From Bryobacterales bacterium (GTDB taxonomy: Bacteria > Acidobacteriota > Terriglobia > Bryobacterales > Bryobacteraceae): a stretch of DNA of 64,000 nucleotides. Of this stretch, positions 8,448 to 17,882 are shown piece by piece. The translations under genes were made by a program, and so were the position numbers. The notes below the pieces were generated by a model that saw nothing but the letters and a program-made list of their open reading frames with translations, was not told where the DNA came from and did no database searches. The DNA lies in the NCBI GenBank assembly GCA_038319515.1, contig JBBQDH010000002.1, positions 3,318 to 67,317 of the forward strand, given 5' to 3'. Each line of letters begins with the position of its first letter. Positions within the stretch are counted from its first letter, which is position 1.

Positions 8448-9368
8448 TCAGCCCATCAGCTGGATGCTTTGGTCGATGAGCTTGCCGTTTTCTTCCCAGA
8501 CGTCGCCGTCGCCTTCCCATTCGATGGAGAAGTAGCCTTTATAACCCGCATTCTTTGCGATGGCGAAGGTGCGTTTGAGATCGGCATGGTAAGTCTTGCC
8601 GCCGTCGATTTCATCGTCCTTCACGTGCGAAATGTTGTAGGCGCGTTTAAAGAGGCCAGCCATGGCGGCGTAGTTGTAAGGAGCGTCGCCCTTCAGCATG
8701 GTGTTGCAGAAATCGGGCAGGGCGCGCAGCCACGGGTGGCGGGCCTGATCAAGAACTTTGGTGATGAAGAGGGCATCCTCTGTTTTCGGATCGTCATTTT
8801 CCAGATTGATGACGACGCCTTTCGACGCCCCGTATTCGGCGACGGGGAAGAGGGACGTTGTGGTGAGGCTGAGATCAGGAGTGGCTGTCTTATCGCCCTG
8901 AATGTGAATGCGAACGCCGGGGCAATCGACGGCAACCGCGATATCGACCCATTTCTTCGCGTTGTCGATGGCGAGCGTGCGTTTCGCGGGGTCGGGATCG
9001 TACATGCTTGCGCCTACGCTGGTGGGGATGTTCACGATGCGGGACCCCGCGGCTTTCACGGCGTCGCGCAGTTCGTTCAGGTAGGCGGGTTCGGTGGATG
9101 GGAAGTGCTGGCCGAGCAACTCCACGTTGTGAACCTTGTATTTCTCCGCCATGCGCGCGGCGAAGTCTTTCAGGGCGATGAATTTGGCATCCGGATTACG
9201 CTTGCGGTTGTTGGGGGTGTCGATCAGGGAGCGGAAGGAGTAAGAGGCGATCGCGATACGCGCCGGCGGGTCCGTGGGGAAACGGAAGTTCGGGGGCGCC
9301 GGGGCGGCCTGCGCGCTGGTACTGAGGGCGAGAGTGGAGGTGATCAGAAAGTCACGGCGGGTCTGCAT
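8448..9368 (-). CDS. Tat-signal sugar phosphate isomerase/epimerase (xylose isomerase-like TIM barrel) protein
   Basis: 306 aa. Leader MQTRRDFLITSTLALSTSAQA. Body with VHNVELL..., VRIHIQGD..., VINLENDD..., YFSIEWEG is a TIM-barrel sugar isomerase-like pattern. Confidence 0.8.
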   Translation of the reverse strand: MQTRRDFLITSTLALSTSAQAAPAPPNFRFPTDPPARIAIASYSFRSLIDTPNNRKRNPDAKFIALKDFAARMAEKYKVHNVELLGQHFPSTEPAYLNELRDAVKAAGSRIVNIPTSVGASMYDPDPAKRTLAIDNAKKWVDIAVAVDCPGVRIHIQGDKTATPDLSLTTTSLFPVAEYGASKGVVINLENDDPKTEDALFITKVLDQARHPWLRALPDFCNTMLKGDAPYNYAAMAGLFKRAYNISHVKDDEIDGGKTYHADLKRTFAIAKNAGYKGYFSIEWEGDGDVWEENGKLIDQSIQLMG

Positions 9369-9396
9369 GCAGTTTGTAATTTACACTACGGGAACC

Positions 9397-9732
9397 ATGT
9401 CACAATTCGCGAAAACACCCGAACCGCCCTACTATGCGGTGATCTTCACGGCGCAGCGAACACCCGTGGATGGGGGCTACGCGGAGACGGCCGACCGGAT
9501 GGTGGAACTGGCTGCGGCGATGCCAGGGTATCTGGGGATTGAGAGCGCGCGGGGTGCGGACGGGTTCGGGATCACGGTGAGCTACTGGGCCAGCGAAGAG
9601 GCGATAGTGAACTGGAAGCGGGAGGCGGAACACGAGCGGGCGCAGGGCGTGGGGAAGAGCGCCTGGTATGAGCATTACGAACTGCGCGTGGCGAAGGTGG
9701 AGCGGGCTTACAACGGGCCTGCCGGACGGTGA
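9397..9732 (+). CDS. antibiotic biosynthesis monooxygenase (ABM) family protein
   Basis: ORF 9274..9732 trimmed to MSQFAKTPEPPYYAVIFTAQRT...YLGIESARGADGFGITVSYWASEEAIVNWKREAEH. Small ferredoxin-like ABM fold pattern. An alternative ATG at 9367 would overlap the divergent gene start. Confidence 0.7.
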   Translation: MSQFAKTPEPPYYAVIFTAQRTPVDGGYAETADRMVELAAAMPGYLGIESARGADGFGITVSYWASEEAIVNWKREAEHERAQGVGKSAWYEHYELRVAKVERAYNGPAGR

Positions 9733-10353
9733 CTACTTAAGTTCCGGTTTGGCGCTGAAGCGGGCTCCCAGCGCGCCGCCTGCCGTGCAGACTCCCACCA
9801 CTGCTACGAACGCGAGCAGGAGGGTAAACAGCATGCCTGCGGCCAGCATGGGTGGATCGTTCACCACCTGGGCCATGCGGGGATCCTGTTGCACAAGCAG
9901 TTCCATGAATTGCTTGCCGGTGAAGGCGATGGTCAGTGTGAAAATGATCGCCATGCTGACGAAGGCGAGCACGCCGGTGATGGAGCCCAAACGCGCGCCT
10001 GCTTTGATGCTGAGCGTTTTGCCTGTGAGTCGGCGGTAGAGCAGAACGCCGCACCAGCCGGCGCCCAGCCACCAGAACACAAAGAAGAAATTCAGGCCCG
10101 GAATCATGTCGAGAAACATGATCGCGAGAGACATCAGAAATCCAACGCGCAGTGCAACCGGGTTGCTGAAACTGACCGGCATCTGTGAAAGCGTCGCCAG
10201 CAATTCGGCTTGCGGGGTCAGCGTGGGTGCAGGTGTCTGCACTGCAACAATCAGCTCCGGCTCTTCAGACATCTCAAACGTGGGTCTGCCGCAGCGATGG
10301 CAGAACCGGGCATCTTCAACGAGCTGTGTTCCGCAGGTGCAGTAGGCTGGCAC
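9733..10353 (-). CDS. zinc-ribbon domain membrane protein
   Basis: 206 aa. N-terminal CTCGTQLVEDARFCHRCG (CxC...CxxC zinc ribbon) followed by about 4 hydrophobic helices. Confidence 0.6.
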   Translation of the reverse strand: MPAYCTCGTQLVEDARFCHRCGRPTFEMSEEPELIVAVQTPAPTLTPQAELLATLSQMPVSFSNPVALRVGFLMSLAIMFLDMIPGLNFFFVFWWLGAGWCGVLLYRRLTGKTLSIKAGARLGSITGVLAFVSMAIIFTLTIAFTGKQFMELLVQQDPRMAQVVNDPPMLAAGMLFTLLLAFVAVVGVCTAGGALGARFSAKPELK

Positions 10354-10358
10354 AACTT

Positions 10359-10919
10359 CTAGTTTGACGCAGGGTCGCCGATGGAGGCAATTCCGATGTG
10401 CGTGCCGTCGTTCTTCCCGCGAATTCCGACGATCCGTTTGTGGCCGCCTTCCCTGAGCTCAAAGCGGACAGCGCCGTCCCGATCCGTGACCACCAGCCAG
10501 TTGGGCAGCTGGGTCCGGTACCAGGCGAGCACCTTCAAAGGCGAGTCCTGTGTGAACAGTTCCGCGGCTGCGAAGGCGACACTCCTGTCAGCCTTGCCGT
10601 CGGCAGAGACCCACTCGAAAGAGGCAACGCCGGAGTTCTTTTGGCGGGTGGCGCCGGGATAGACGGGCAGCCCGATGGTGGCGGGGTCCAGATCTTCGTG
10701 CGCGCGGATGCTGACGTTGCCGGCGGGTGTGGCAATGGAAAAGTCGGAAAAGTCATCGCCACCATGGCGGTGGGTGGTTTGCACGCGTACATTATTGGCG
10801 ATATAGAAGGCTGTGCCGACCGACACAATCACAATGGACACAAAGATAAAAAGTAGTACGCCCAACACACCGCCCCTGTTTGCGTTCCGGGTGGGTCGCG
10901 AATCTGAAGAAACTCTCAT
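10359..10919 (-). CDS. membrane-anchored hypothetical protein
   Basis: Lower part of the 657-aa track ORF, trimmed to ATG at 10919 (MRVSSDSRPTRNANRGGVLGVLLFIFVSIVIVSVGTAFYI...). One TM anchor and a soluble domain. Ends 5 nt upstream of the zinc-ribbon gene. The rest of the track ORF is antisense to the dehydrogenase gene. Confidence 0.6.
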   Translation of the reverse strand: MRVSSDSRPTRNANRGGVLGVLLFIFVSIVIVSVGTAFYIANNVRVQTTHRHGGDDFSDFSIATPAGNVSIRAHEDLDPATIGLPVYPGATRQKNSGVASFEWVSADGKADRSVAFAAAELFTQDSPLKVLAWYRTQLPNWLVVTDRDGAVRFELREGGHKRIVGIRGKNDGTHIGIASIGDPASN

Positions 10920-10994
10920 GAGCCGACCTCCAAAATTATTGTTACGCAATTCCGGCGGCGCGGGTTCGGGCAGGTTTGTGATAGCTTGCTCCTG

Positions 10995-11963
10995 ATGGAC
11001 CAAATTACCGTTGTTGTTCTGGGCGACCCGGCAGAGCCCGAGTTGCAGAAGCTGGAGGCGCTGCGCCCCGGGGTGAATTTCACCATATCGAAGACCGCCG
11101 ACGGACTGGGCGATGCGGTGCGGGATGCGCGCGTGCTGTTCACCACCATGGGCAACCGGAAGGAGGTCGGGCTGGTGCTGGAACGCGGGGCGAAGCTCGA
11201 ATGGATCCAGTCGCGCAGTGCGGGCCTGGACGGATTTCTGAGCCCGGAATTGATTGAGAGTCCGATTCCGCTCACCAATGGCAGCGGTGTGTTCAGCCAG
11301 TCTCTGGGAGAGTTCGTGTTGTTTGGCGCGTTGTATTTCGCGAAGGATATTCCGCGCATGCTGCGGGCTAAAGCGGCGCACAAGTGGGATGTCTTCGACG
11401 TGTGTGAGCTGAGCACGCAGACCATGGGCATTGTGGGCCATGGGGACATTGGGCGCGCCGCGGCGAAACGCGCGAAGGCGATGGGGATGAAGGTGCTGGC
11501 GTTGCGCCGTACTGTTACGCCGCGCCCGGGCGATGAGGATGTGGATCGCGTTTACGCAACGGCGGAGTTGCATGACATGCTGCCGGAGTGCGACTACGTG
11601 GTGGCCGCGGCCCCGTTGACGCCTGCGACGAAGCATATGCTGAGCACGGCGGAGTTTGGCCGGATGAAGCCTTCGGCGGTGGTGATGAATGTGGGGCGCG
11701 GTCCCGTGATTGACGAGGCTGCCCTGGCGGAAGCCTTGCGGAGCGGCGTGATTCGCGGTGCGGTGCTGGATGTGTTTGAAGTGGAACCGCTGGGCGGGGA
11801 CAGCCCGCTTTGGGATATGGACAATGTGCTGATTTCGGCGCATACGGCCGACCACACGCAAACGTGGCTCGAAGATTCGGTTGATTTTTTTATGGCGCAG
11901 TTTGCGCGTTGGCGCAGCGGGGAAGCGCTGCAGAATCTGGTGGATAAGCGCGCGGGGTATTAA
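10995..11963 (+). CDS. D-2-hydroxyacid dehydrogenase family (NAD-binding) protein
   Basis: MDQITVVVLGD... Rossmann motif GIVGHGDIGRAAAKRAKAMGMKV, plus VMNVGRGPVIDEAAL and LDVFEVEPL...NVLISAHTA, the catalytic pattern of D-isomer-specific 2-hydroxyacid dehydrogenases. Confidence 0.85.
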   Translation: MDQITVVVLGDPAEPELQKLEALRPGVNFTISKTADGLGDAVRDARVLFTTMGNRKEVGLVLERGAKLEWIQSRSAGLDGFLSPELIESPIPLTNGSGVFSQSLGEFVLFGALYFAKDIPRMLRAKAAHKWDVFDVCELSTQTMGIVGHGDIGRAAAKRAKAMGMKVLALRRTVTPRPGDEDVDRVYATAELHDMLPECDYVVAAAPLTPATKHMLSTAEFGRMKPSAVVMNVGRGPVIDEAALAEALRSGVIRGAVLDVFEVEPLGGDSPLWDMDNVLISAHTADHTQTWLEDSVDFFMAQFARWRSGEALQNLVDKRAGY

Positions 11964-12000
11964 GGCCGGCGACAGGATCGCCGCCGCCACGCGCCACGCT

Positions 12001-14409
12001 TTACGCGACCAACAGCAGTTTCTTGCTGCGCTTCGCATCGTACATGCGCTCGTCGGCTTTTTCGAGCAGTGCTTCGGCGTCGGAACCGTCGTCCGGATAG
12101 CGGGAGACGCCGGCGCTGATGGTGATGCGTGCAGGGCACTGCGATTCGGCGGGCAGGTTCCTGCCGATCTGGTCGAGGCGGGCGAGAATTTCCGGCAGGC
12201 TTTGGGTGGCATCCGGCATGATGAGCACGAACTCATCACCGCCCAGCCGTGCCGCGAAATCCCCGGCTCGGCAACTGCGGCGCAGAGCGCGACCAACGCA
12301 TTCCAGGATGCGGTTTCCGGCAATGTGACCATACTCGTCGTTGGCTTTCTTGAAGCCGTCCAGGTCCATCACGACAACGGTGAAATTCCCCTCCCGCCGC
12401 GCCGTGTTTGAGACCTCGGCTTCCAGGTGCCTGAAGAGCGAACGCGCATTATGGAGGCCGGTCAGTTCATCCGTATCGGCCGCGCTGTTGGCGCGTTCAA
12501 AGCGCACGGAGTTTTGAATCGCGATACCTGCCTTCGGCGCAATGGCAAGCAGAATTCGTCGGTCATCCTGACTGAAAGCCTCAGCCTTCAGGTGGTAGAG
12601 GGTGAGCACGGCGATGACGCCGTCACGGCCGCGAATCGGGACTGCAATAGCGGACCGGAGCGGCGTGACCATGCGGGGGTCATTGAGATAGCCGGGCTCC
12701 ACGGCAGGGTTGCCGTTGACGACAGGCAGATCGTTTTCCGCCACCCAGCCGGACAACCCCTGGCCCAGGGGAATTTCCAGAGAGCTGAGGAGCCTGAAGC
12801 TCTCACCCTTGACGAACTTTGGCACCAGTTTGTCGCCATCCAGCAGGTAGACGGCAATGGCATCATGGTTTACAATTTTGCCCAGGCGCACGGCAAGCAG
12901 GGCGAGGGTTTCTTCAAGGCTGAGTGAACTACCCAGATCGTTGGTGAGTTCCAGGAGCAACTGAAACTCGCGGCGTGCGCCGGAGATTGCCAGGCTGAAG
13001 TGTGCGGTGGCGGAGGGCGCACTCACCGGAGCGGATTCCGCGAAGCCGGTGGCGGGAGCCAGCCCGCGCTCCACTTTCACGTTGGAAGACAGCTTCACAT
13101 AATCCGCGGTCTCATCCCTTGCCTTCTGTTCGAGTTCCCGGAAACGGCGGTCGAGAATTGCCACAACAATGGGGTCGAACGCCTTGCCTGCTTCATCGCG
13201 GATGATCTGCATGGCGGCTTCCAGCGGCATGGCGGTGCGGTACTGGCGATTGGACGCAAGCGCATCCAGGCAATCCACGGCGGAGAGAATACGGGCTCCG
13301 ATGGGGATTTGCTCACCGATCAGGCCATCGGGATAGCCGGTGCCATCGTACTTTTCGTGGTGCGAGCGAACGATGGGGACGACGGGATAAGGGAAGTGAA
13401 CGCGTTCCAGAATTTCCGCGCCCACCACCGGATGGACCTTCATCTTTTCGAACTCATCCGGCGTCAGCTTGCCGGGTTTGGAGATGATGTACTCGGGCAC
13501 GGCGAGTTTGCCCACGTCATGCAGAAGAGCGGCGGCTTCGAGCGCCTGCATCTCAAGAGCGGACAGGTGCAGCTCTTTGCCGATTTCTGAAGCGTAGACC
13601 TGCACGCGGCGCAGGTGAGCGGCCGTGGTGTCGTCCTTGGCGTCAATCGCCAGGGCGAGGGTTTCGATGGTCCGAAGATGCAGTTGAGCCATCTCTGTAA
13701 TGTGCTTGCGCTGCTCTTCAAACCGGCCGAGGTAGACGCTGTAAGAACGGTAGACCAGGTAGAGCGGCGGAATCGCCACAATGAGCGCAGGCCAGCCCAT
13801 GTAGCGGTTCATGAAGTGCAGGCCGCCCGCAATCAGGCCGCCCACCAGGTACTGCGGGGAGGTCCACAGATAAGAGTCCCGCCAAATTGTCAGCAGGCCC
13901 GTGGATGAGGTCACGCTGATGATGCCGGCGACCGTGACGGTGTTCATGATGAAGTACAGCAGCGACGCCATGAGCAGGCTGAGCGCACCGGTGGGGTCGA
14001 CGTAGTTCAGCGTCTGCGACTGGAGCGCAAGGTCCGCAGCCATCACGGGAAAGGCCATGGCGAACATGTTGAACAGTAAGTGGTACCACTTCGGCCGCTG
14101 ATCCGCATGAATGAAGCACTGGCCGAGTGCGCTGGCCACGCCAACGATCATGCCGGATGCCCGCCCCAGATTCATCAGTGCCGCGAGGATCACAACATAG
14201 TTCATGGAAAGAGTAACGAAGATGCCGGGCAGGCGAATTTTGAGTCGGGACGCGAGGATTGCCGCGACGATGTAAAAGAACGTGCGACGCACGTTGTCAA
14301 TCGCCAGATCAGTGGAAGCGATAGAAGTGATGCTGAACCATGCCCCGCCCAGAACAATCAGAGCCCAGTAAAAATGGGCTTTGCGGGGCATTTGAATAAA
14401 TTCCGTCAT
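12001..14409 (-). CDS. membrane-bound HD-GYP / GAF / GGDEF multidomain c-di-GMP signalling protein
   Basis: Start chosen at ATG 14409, 7 nt after GGAGGT. N-terminal polytopic membrane domain. HD-GYP motifs LLHDVGK and HHEKYDGTGYPDGL. GAF-like segment. GGDEF domain with RLGGDEFVLI and an RAGD (RxxD) I-site five residues upstream. Confidence 0.9.
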   Translation of the reverse strand: MTEFIQMPRKAHFYWALIVLGGAWFSITSIASTDLAIDNVRRTFFYIVAAILASRLKIRLPGIFVTLSMNYVVILAALMNLGRASGMIVGVASALGQCFIHADQRPKWYHLLFNMFAMAFPVMAADLALQSQTLNYVDPTGALSLLMASLLYFIMNTVTVAGIISVTSSTGLLTIWRDSYLWTSPQYLVGGLIAGGLHFMNRYMGWPALIVAIPPLYLVYRSYSVYLGRFEEQRKHITEMAQLHLRTIETLALAIDAKDDTTAAHLRRVQVYASEIGKELHLSALEMQALEAAALLHDVGKLAVPEYIISKPGKLTPDEFEKMKVHPVVGAEILERVHFPYPVVPIVRSHHEKYDGTGYPDGLIGEQIPIGARILSAVDCLDALASNRQYRTAMPLEAAMQIIRDEAGKAFDPIVVAILDRRFRELEQKARDETADYVKLSSNVKVERGLAPATGFAESAPVSAPSATAHFSLAISGARREFQLLLELTNDLGSSLSLEETLALLAVRLGKIVNHDAIAVYLLDGDKLVPKFVKGESFRLLSSLEIPLGQGLSGWVAENDLPVVNGNPAVEPGYLNDPRMVTPLRSAIAVPIRGRDGVIAVLTLYHLKAEAFSQDDRRILLAIAPKAGIAIQNSVRFERANSAADTDELTGLHNARSLFRHLEAEVSNTARREGNFTVVVMDLDGFKKANDEYGHIAGNRILECVGRALRRSCRAGDFAARLGGDEFVLIMPDATQSLPEILARLDQIGRNLPAESQCPARITISAGVSRYPDDGSDAEALLEKADERMYDAKRSKKLLLVA

Positions 14410-14802
14410 GATCATTACCTCCGGGATGCGCTCTGGAAGGCGCCGCACCGGTACAAGGCGAGTGTGGCATCAATGGAGTGTAAGGAATAGTTATCTACTG
14501 TTAACCGGGGGTCACATACGGTACCCGTTACTGATGCGCGGGTTCCGCGAACAGGGTCATGGTACCGGAAGATCAATGCCGTCAATAGTCCCTGGTTATA
14601 TACGGGGAAAGGACTCCGGGTTTGGGCGTTGTCCAGCGTTTTCAATAAGGTTTTAAGTCAAGGTCGGGCCGGGAGCCTTCAAAGTGGAGTCCCGGCAGTA
14701 CTGCCTTCGTTCATCACCACGCTAACTGACGGCATCATATTCAAAGTCTGTTTGGCGTGCAAGACTCGCAACAGATCAAAAAAAGGAAGTCCCGGTGATC
14801 GT

Positions 14803-16434
14803 ATGAACTGGTACAAAAGCACGAAGAATCTGATTTATTGGCTGAGACCGCTGTGTCTCGTGTCATGCCTGACGTTGTTCGGGCTCAATTCCATGAATGC
14901 CGCGCAGGGGAGCGAGAAGCTGGCGCAGGAGCTTCGAAGGCCGGGCCAGGCTGGTCTGGTGGACGTGATTGTCACTTATAAAGTGGCGCCGGTTGCCAGG
15001 CACCACGACCGGGCACGACAGCTGGGCGGCAGTGTAATACATCAGTTCGAGGCGACGCGCGGGGCTCACTATCGGATGCCTGCGGGCGCGCTGGAGGCTC
15101 TGGCGGAAGACCCCGACGTGGACTTCGTTTCGCCGGACCGGCAGGTGCAGGGTTTGCTGAACTATACCAGGGCGGCGGTGGGTGCGGATGTTGCGCACGC
15201 CTCCGGGCATGACGGTGGGGGTGTTGGCGTTGCCGTCATCGACAGCGGCATCGCGGACATTGCCGATTTTAAGAATGGCAAGAACAGCCGGATCGTTTAT
15301 AGCCAGAGTTTTGTGGGGGGCACGGCGGACGACGAGTACGGGCACGGGACGCATGTGGCGGGAATCCTGGGGGCCTCCGGCGCAGGTGGCTACGGAGTCT
15401 ATGAGGGTGTTGCTCCCGCGGTCTCGATCATCAACCTTAAGGCGCTGGATAAGAATGGCACGGGCTCCGACAGCGCGGTGATCGCGGCCATCAATCGCGC
15501 GATTCAGCTCAAATCGAAGTACAACATCCGGGTGATCAATCTTTCGCTGGGCAGGCCCGTTTACTCCAGCTATACGCAGGATCCGTTATGTCAGGCGGCG
15601 GAAGCGGCGTGGAACGCAGGCATTGTGGTTGTCGTGGCAGCGGGTAATGACGGGCGCAACAACTCGAAGGGAACCAACGGCTATGCCACCATTACCGCGC
15701 CGGGGAACGACCCTTACGTGATTACCGTGGGCGCCATGAAAACGATGGGCACCATGGGCACCCTGGACGACAGGATCGCCAGCTACAGTTCCAAGGGTCC
15801 GACCATCCTCGATCATGTGGTGAAGCCGGATCTGGTGGCCCCGGGAAACCGCGTTGTTTCGGTTTTGCCCGCGGGTATGACCCTGTCGAAACAATACCCG
15901 ACTAACAGCTATGCCGGCGGGCATTTCCAGCTCAGCGGCACCAGCATGGCCGCGCCTGTTGTAAGCGCTGCCGCCGCCATGCTGATTGAAGACGATGACT
16001 CGCTGCGACCGGATGATGTGAAGGCGATTCTGATGACGACTGCTTCCAGGTCCTTTCCCACTTCGAGCTCGATCTGGGACGCTGCTACTAATACGACTTA
16101 CACCAGCTACTACGACCTGTTCACGGTTGGCGCGGGGTATCTGGATATTGTGTCGGCGCTGGTGAACGGCAGCCGGTCGTTGGGCTCAGCGAAATCTCCG
16201 ACAGCCTCCTGGGATGCGCTGAGTGGCAGGGTGGTTCTGTCGGGCATCTCGGGCGCGAATGTGGTTTGGGGATCCAACGTGGTGTGGGGCAGCAACGTCG
16301 TGTGGGGCAGCAACGTGGTTTGGGGTTCCGCCACGATGGCCGGGTTCAACGTGGTTTGGGGATCCAACGTGGTTTGGGGCAGTTCGCAGGAATCCGGGGA
16401 GGCCAACAAACTGGTGATCGCCGGCGAGAATTAG
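14803..16434 (+). CDS. secreted S8 (subtilisin-family) serine peptidase with C-terminal NVVWGS repeats
   Basis: ATG 14803 preceded by AAAGGAAG. Signal peptide and I9-like propeptide. Catalytic triad contexts VAVIDSGI, HGTHVAGI and GTSMAAP. The C-terminus carries six NVVWGS hexapeptides. Confidence 0.9.
   Translation: MNWYKSTKNLIYWLRPLCLVSCLTLFGLNSMNAAQGSEKLAQELRRPGQAGLVDVIVTYKVAPVARHHDRARQLGGSVIHQFEATRGAHYRMPAGALEALAEDPDVDFVSPDRQVQGLLNYTRAAVGADVAHASGHDGGGVGVAVIDSGIADIADFKNGKNSRIVYSQSFVGGTADDEYGHGTHVAGILGASGAGGYGVYEGVAPAVSIINLKALDKNGTGSDSAVIAAINRAIQLKSKYNIRVINLSLGRPVYSSYTQDPLCQAAEAAWNAGIVVVVAAGNDGRNNSKGTNGYATITAPGNDPYVITVGAMKTMGTMGTLDDRIASYSSKGPTILDHVVKPDLVAPGNRVVSVLPAGMTLSKQYPTNSYAGGHFQLSGTSMAAPVVSAAAAMLIEDDDSLRPDDVKAILMTTASRSFPTSSSIWDAATNTTYTSYYDLFTVGAGYLDIVSALVNGSRSLGSAKSPTASWDALSGRVVLSGISGANVVWGSNVVWGSNVVWGSNVVWGSATMAGFNVVWGSNVVWGSSQESGEANKLVIAGEN
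16258..16383 (+). repeat. in-frame 18-bp tandem repeats (4 + 2 copies) encoding NVVWGS
   Basis: aatgtggtttggggatcc, aacgtggtgtggggcagc, aacgtcgtgtggggcagc, aacgtggtttggggttcc, an 18-nt spacer (ATMAGF), then aacgtggtttggggatcc and aacgtggtttggggcagt. Copies differ mostly at synonymous positions. Confidence 0.9.
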
Positions 16435-16442
16435 AGCCGGCT

Positions 16443-17117
16443 TCAGGTTCCGCGCCTGTTGCCGTAAAGGTGAACGTGCAGGCGCGGGCTGAAGCGGTAG
16501 CCGTGCTGTTTGCAGAGCTCCCCCACCCACGCCCCGCGTTCGTTCAGAACCTCAGCGCTAATCCCTTCGGGCATCAGAATTACTTTTTCCGCAGGCGCGC
16601 CAATGGATGCGATCACCTGCTGCGCTTCGGCCAGGTCGGCTTCCTGAGCGATCACGAATTTCAGCTGGTAGTCGTATTCCGTCGTGAGGCGTTTCAGAAC
16701 TTCCGGTTGTAAACGCAGGCGTTCGTGCTGATTGCGAAACGGGCCTTCCGGCGTGGAATTCGAAAGCTTCGGGCTGATGCTCATCAGATCGCAGGCGACA
16801 GGCGCGAATACCGTGCCGGCGGTTTCGAAAGTGATGTGCAGGCCGCGTTCTTTGAAGCGCTCCGCGAGTTCGGCAATGCCAGGCGCAATCATCGGCTCGC
16901 CGCCCGTAATCACCACGTGCCGGGAGGCGGAATACTCAGCGGTTCGGGTCATGATCTCGTCGATGGTCATGTCGTCGCCCACGGGGTTCCACGAAGTGTA
17001 AGGCGTGTCGCACCAGGAGCAGCGCAGATTGCAGCCTGTGGTGCGGACGAAGATGGAGGGCACTCCCACCAGACTGCCTTCGCCCTGCACGGAATAGAAG
17101 ATCTCAGAGATTCGCAT
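16443..17117 (-). CDS. queE: 7-carboxy-7-deazaguanine synthase (radical SAM)
   Basis: MRISEIFYSVQGEGSLVGVPSIFVRTTGCNLRCSWCDT... matches the QueE N-terminus and its CxxxCxxC cluster. Starts 1 nt after queC. Confidence 0.9.
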   Translation of the reverse strand: MRISEIFYSVQGEGSLVGVPSIFVRTTGCNLRCSWCDTPYTSWNPVGDDMTIDEIMTRTAEYSASRHVVITGGEPMIAPGIAELAERFKERGLHITFETAGTVFAPVACDLMSISPKLSNSTPEGPFRNQHERLRLQPEVLKRLTTEYDYQLKFVIAQEADLAEAQQVIASIGAPAEKVILMPEGISAEVLNERGAWVGELCKQHGYRFSPRLHVHLYGNRRGT

Positions 17118-17118
17118 A

Positions 17119-17793
17119 TCAGAGTGCGGAGTCGATCACGCCGGCCTCGCGGAAGCCTTTGGCGCGCAGCAGGCAGGAATCGCAGGCTCCGCAGGGCCGG
17201 CCGTCGGCGTCCGGATCGTAGCAACTCCAGGTGAGTTCGAAGGGGACTTCCAGCTTCACGCCGAATTGCACAATCTCCGCCTTTGAAAGACTGATGAGCG
17301 GGGTGTGGATTTTCAGGCGCGTGACGCCCTCCACGCCGACGCGCGTGGCGAGATTCGCCATCTTCTCGAAGGCTTCGATGAATTCCGGGCGGCAATCGGG
17401 GTAGCCGGAATAATCCAGCGCGTTTACGCCGATGAAGATATCGGCAGCTTCCAGCACTTCGGCCCAGGCGAGGGCGAAGGAAAGAAAAATCGTGTTGCGC
17501 GCGGGGACGTAGGTGACGGGGATGTCGTGCGTCATCTGCGCTTCATTACGGCCCTTGGGCACGTCGATATCATCCGTCAGAGCGGAGTGCCCGAAGACGC
17601 GCAGATCAATCTTCGCGACACGGTGCACGGCGGCACCCAGGGCTTCAGAAATCCGGTTGGCCGCCTCCAGCTCCACGCGGTGCCGCTGACCGTAATCGAA
17701 TGACAGGGCGTAGCATTCATATCCGAGCGTTCGGGCGTACGCGAGGCACGTTGCCGAATCGAGACCACCGCTGAGTAAACAAACTGCCTTCAT
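17119..17793 (-). CDS. queC: 7-cyano-7-deazaguanine synthase
   Basis: [20 protein letters not shown] (PP-loop SGGxDS). C-terminal zinc Cys cluster [20 protein letters not shown]. Confidence 0.9.
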   Translation of the reverse strand: MKAVCLLSGGLDSATCLAYARTLGYECYALSFDYGQRHRVELEAANRISEALGAAVHRVAKIDLRVFGHSALTDDIDVPKGRNEAQMTHDIPVTYVPARNTIFLSFALAWAEVLEAADIFIGVNALDYSGYPDCRPEFIEAFEKMANLATRVGVEGVTRLKIHTPLISLSKAEIVQFGVKLEVPFELTWSCYDPDADGRPCGACDSCLLRAKGFREAGVIDSAL

Positions 17794-17882
17794 CTATAAC
17801 TTAGAATCGTTAAATCACACCTCAAAACGCAATCCCTGATTCACCGGAAGCACCCGCAAGGCCGGCGTGGCTCTGGCCGTGC

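Noticed and set aside
10920-12332. Upper two-thirds of the 657-aa minus-strand track ORF (10359..12332)
   Set aside because: Its translation is Arg/His/Pro/Ala-rich low complexity. It lies exactly antisense to the well-supported D-2-hydroxyacid dehydrogenase gene (10995..11963). This is a typical high-GC shadow ORF. Only the part below the ATG at 10919 looks like a real gene.
16258-16383. Regular 18-bp repeats considered as a possible CRISPR-like or minisatellite array
   Set aside because: The repeats are contiguous with no spacers of CRISPR size. They are in frame inside the subtilase CDS and encode a conserved hexapeptide. No cas genes are present anywhere in the window.
17794-17882. Looked for a preQ1 riboswitch upstream of queC
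   Set aside because: The 89-nt leader (minus strand ...ttgaggtgtgatttaacgattctaagttatagATG) lacks the conserved stem plus the CCCUC...AAAAAACUA-type tail of preQ1-I. No convincing pseudoknot could be drawn by eye. A covariance-model scan would be needed to be sure.
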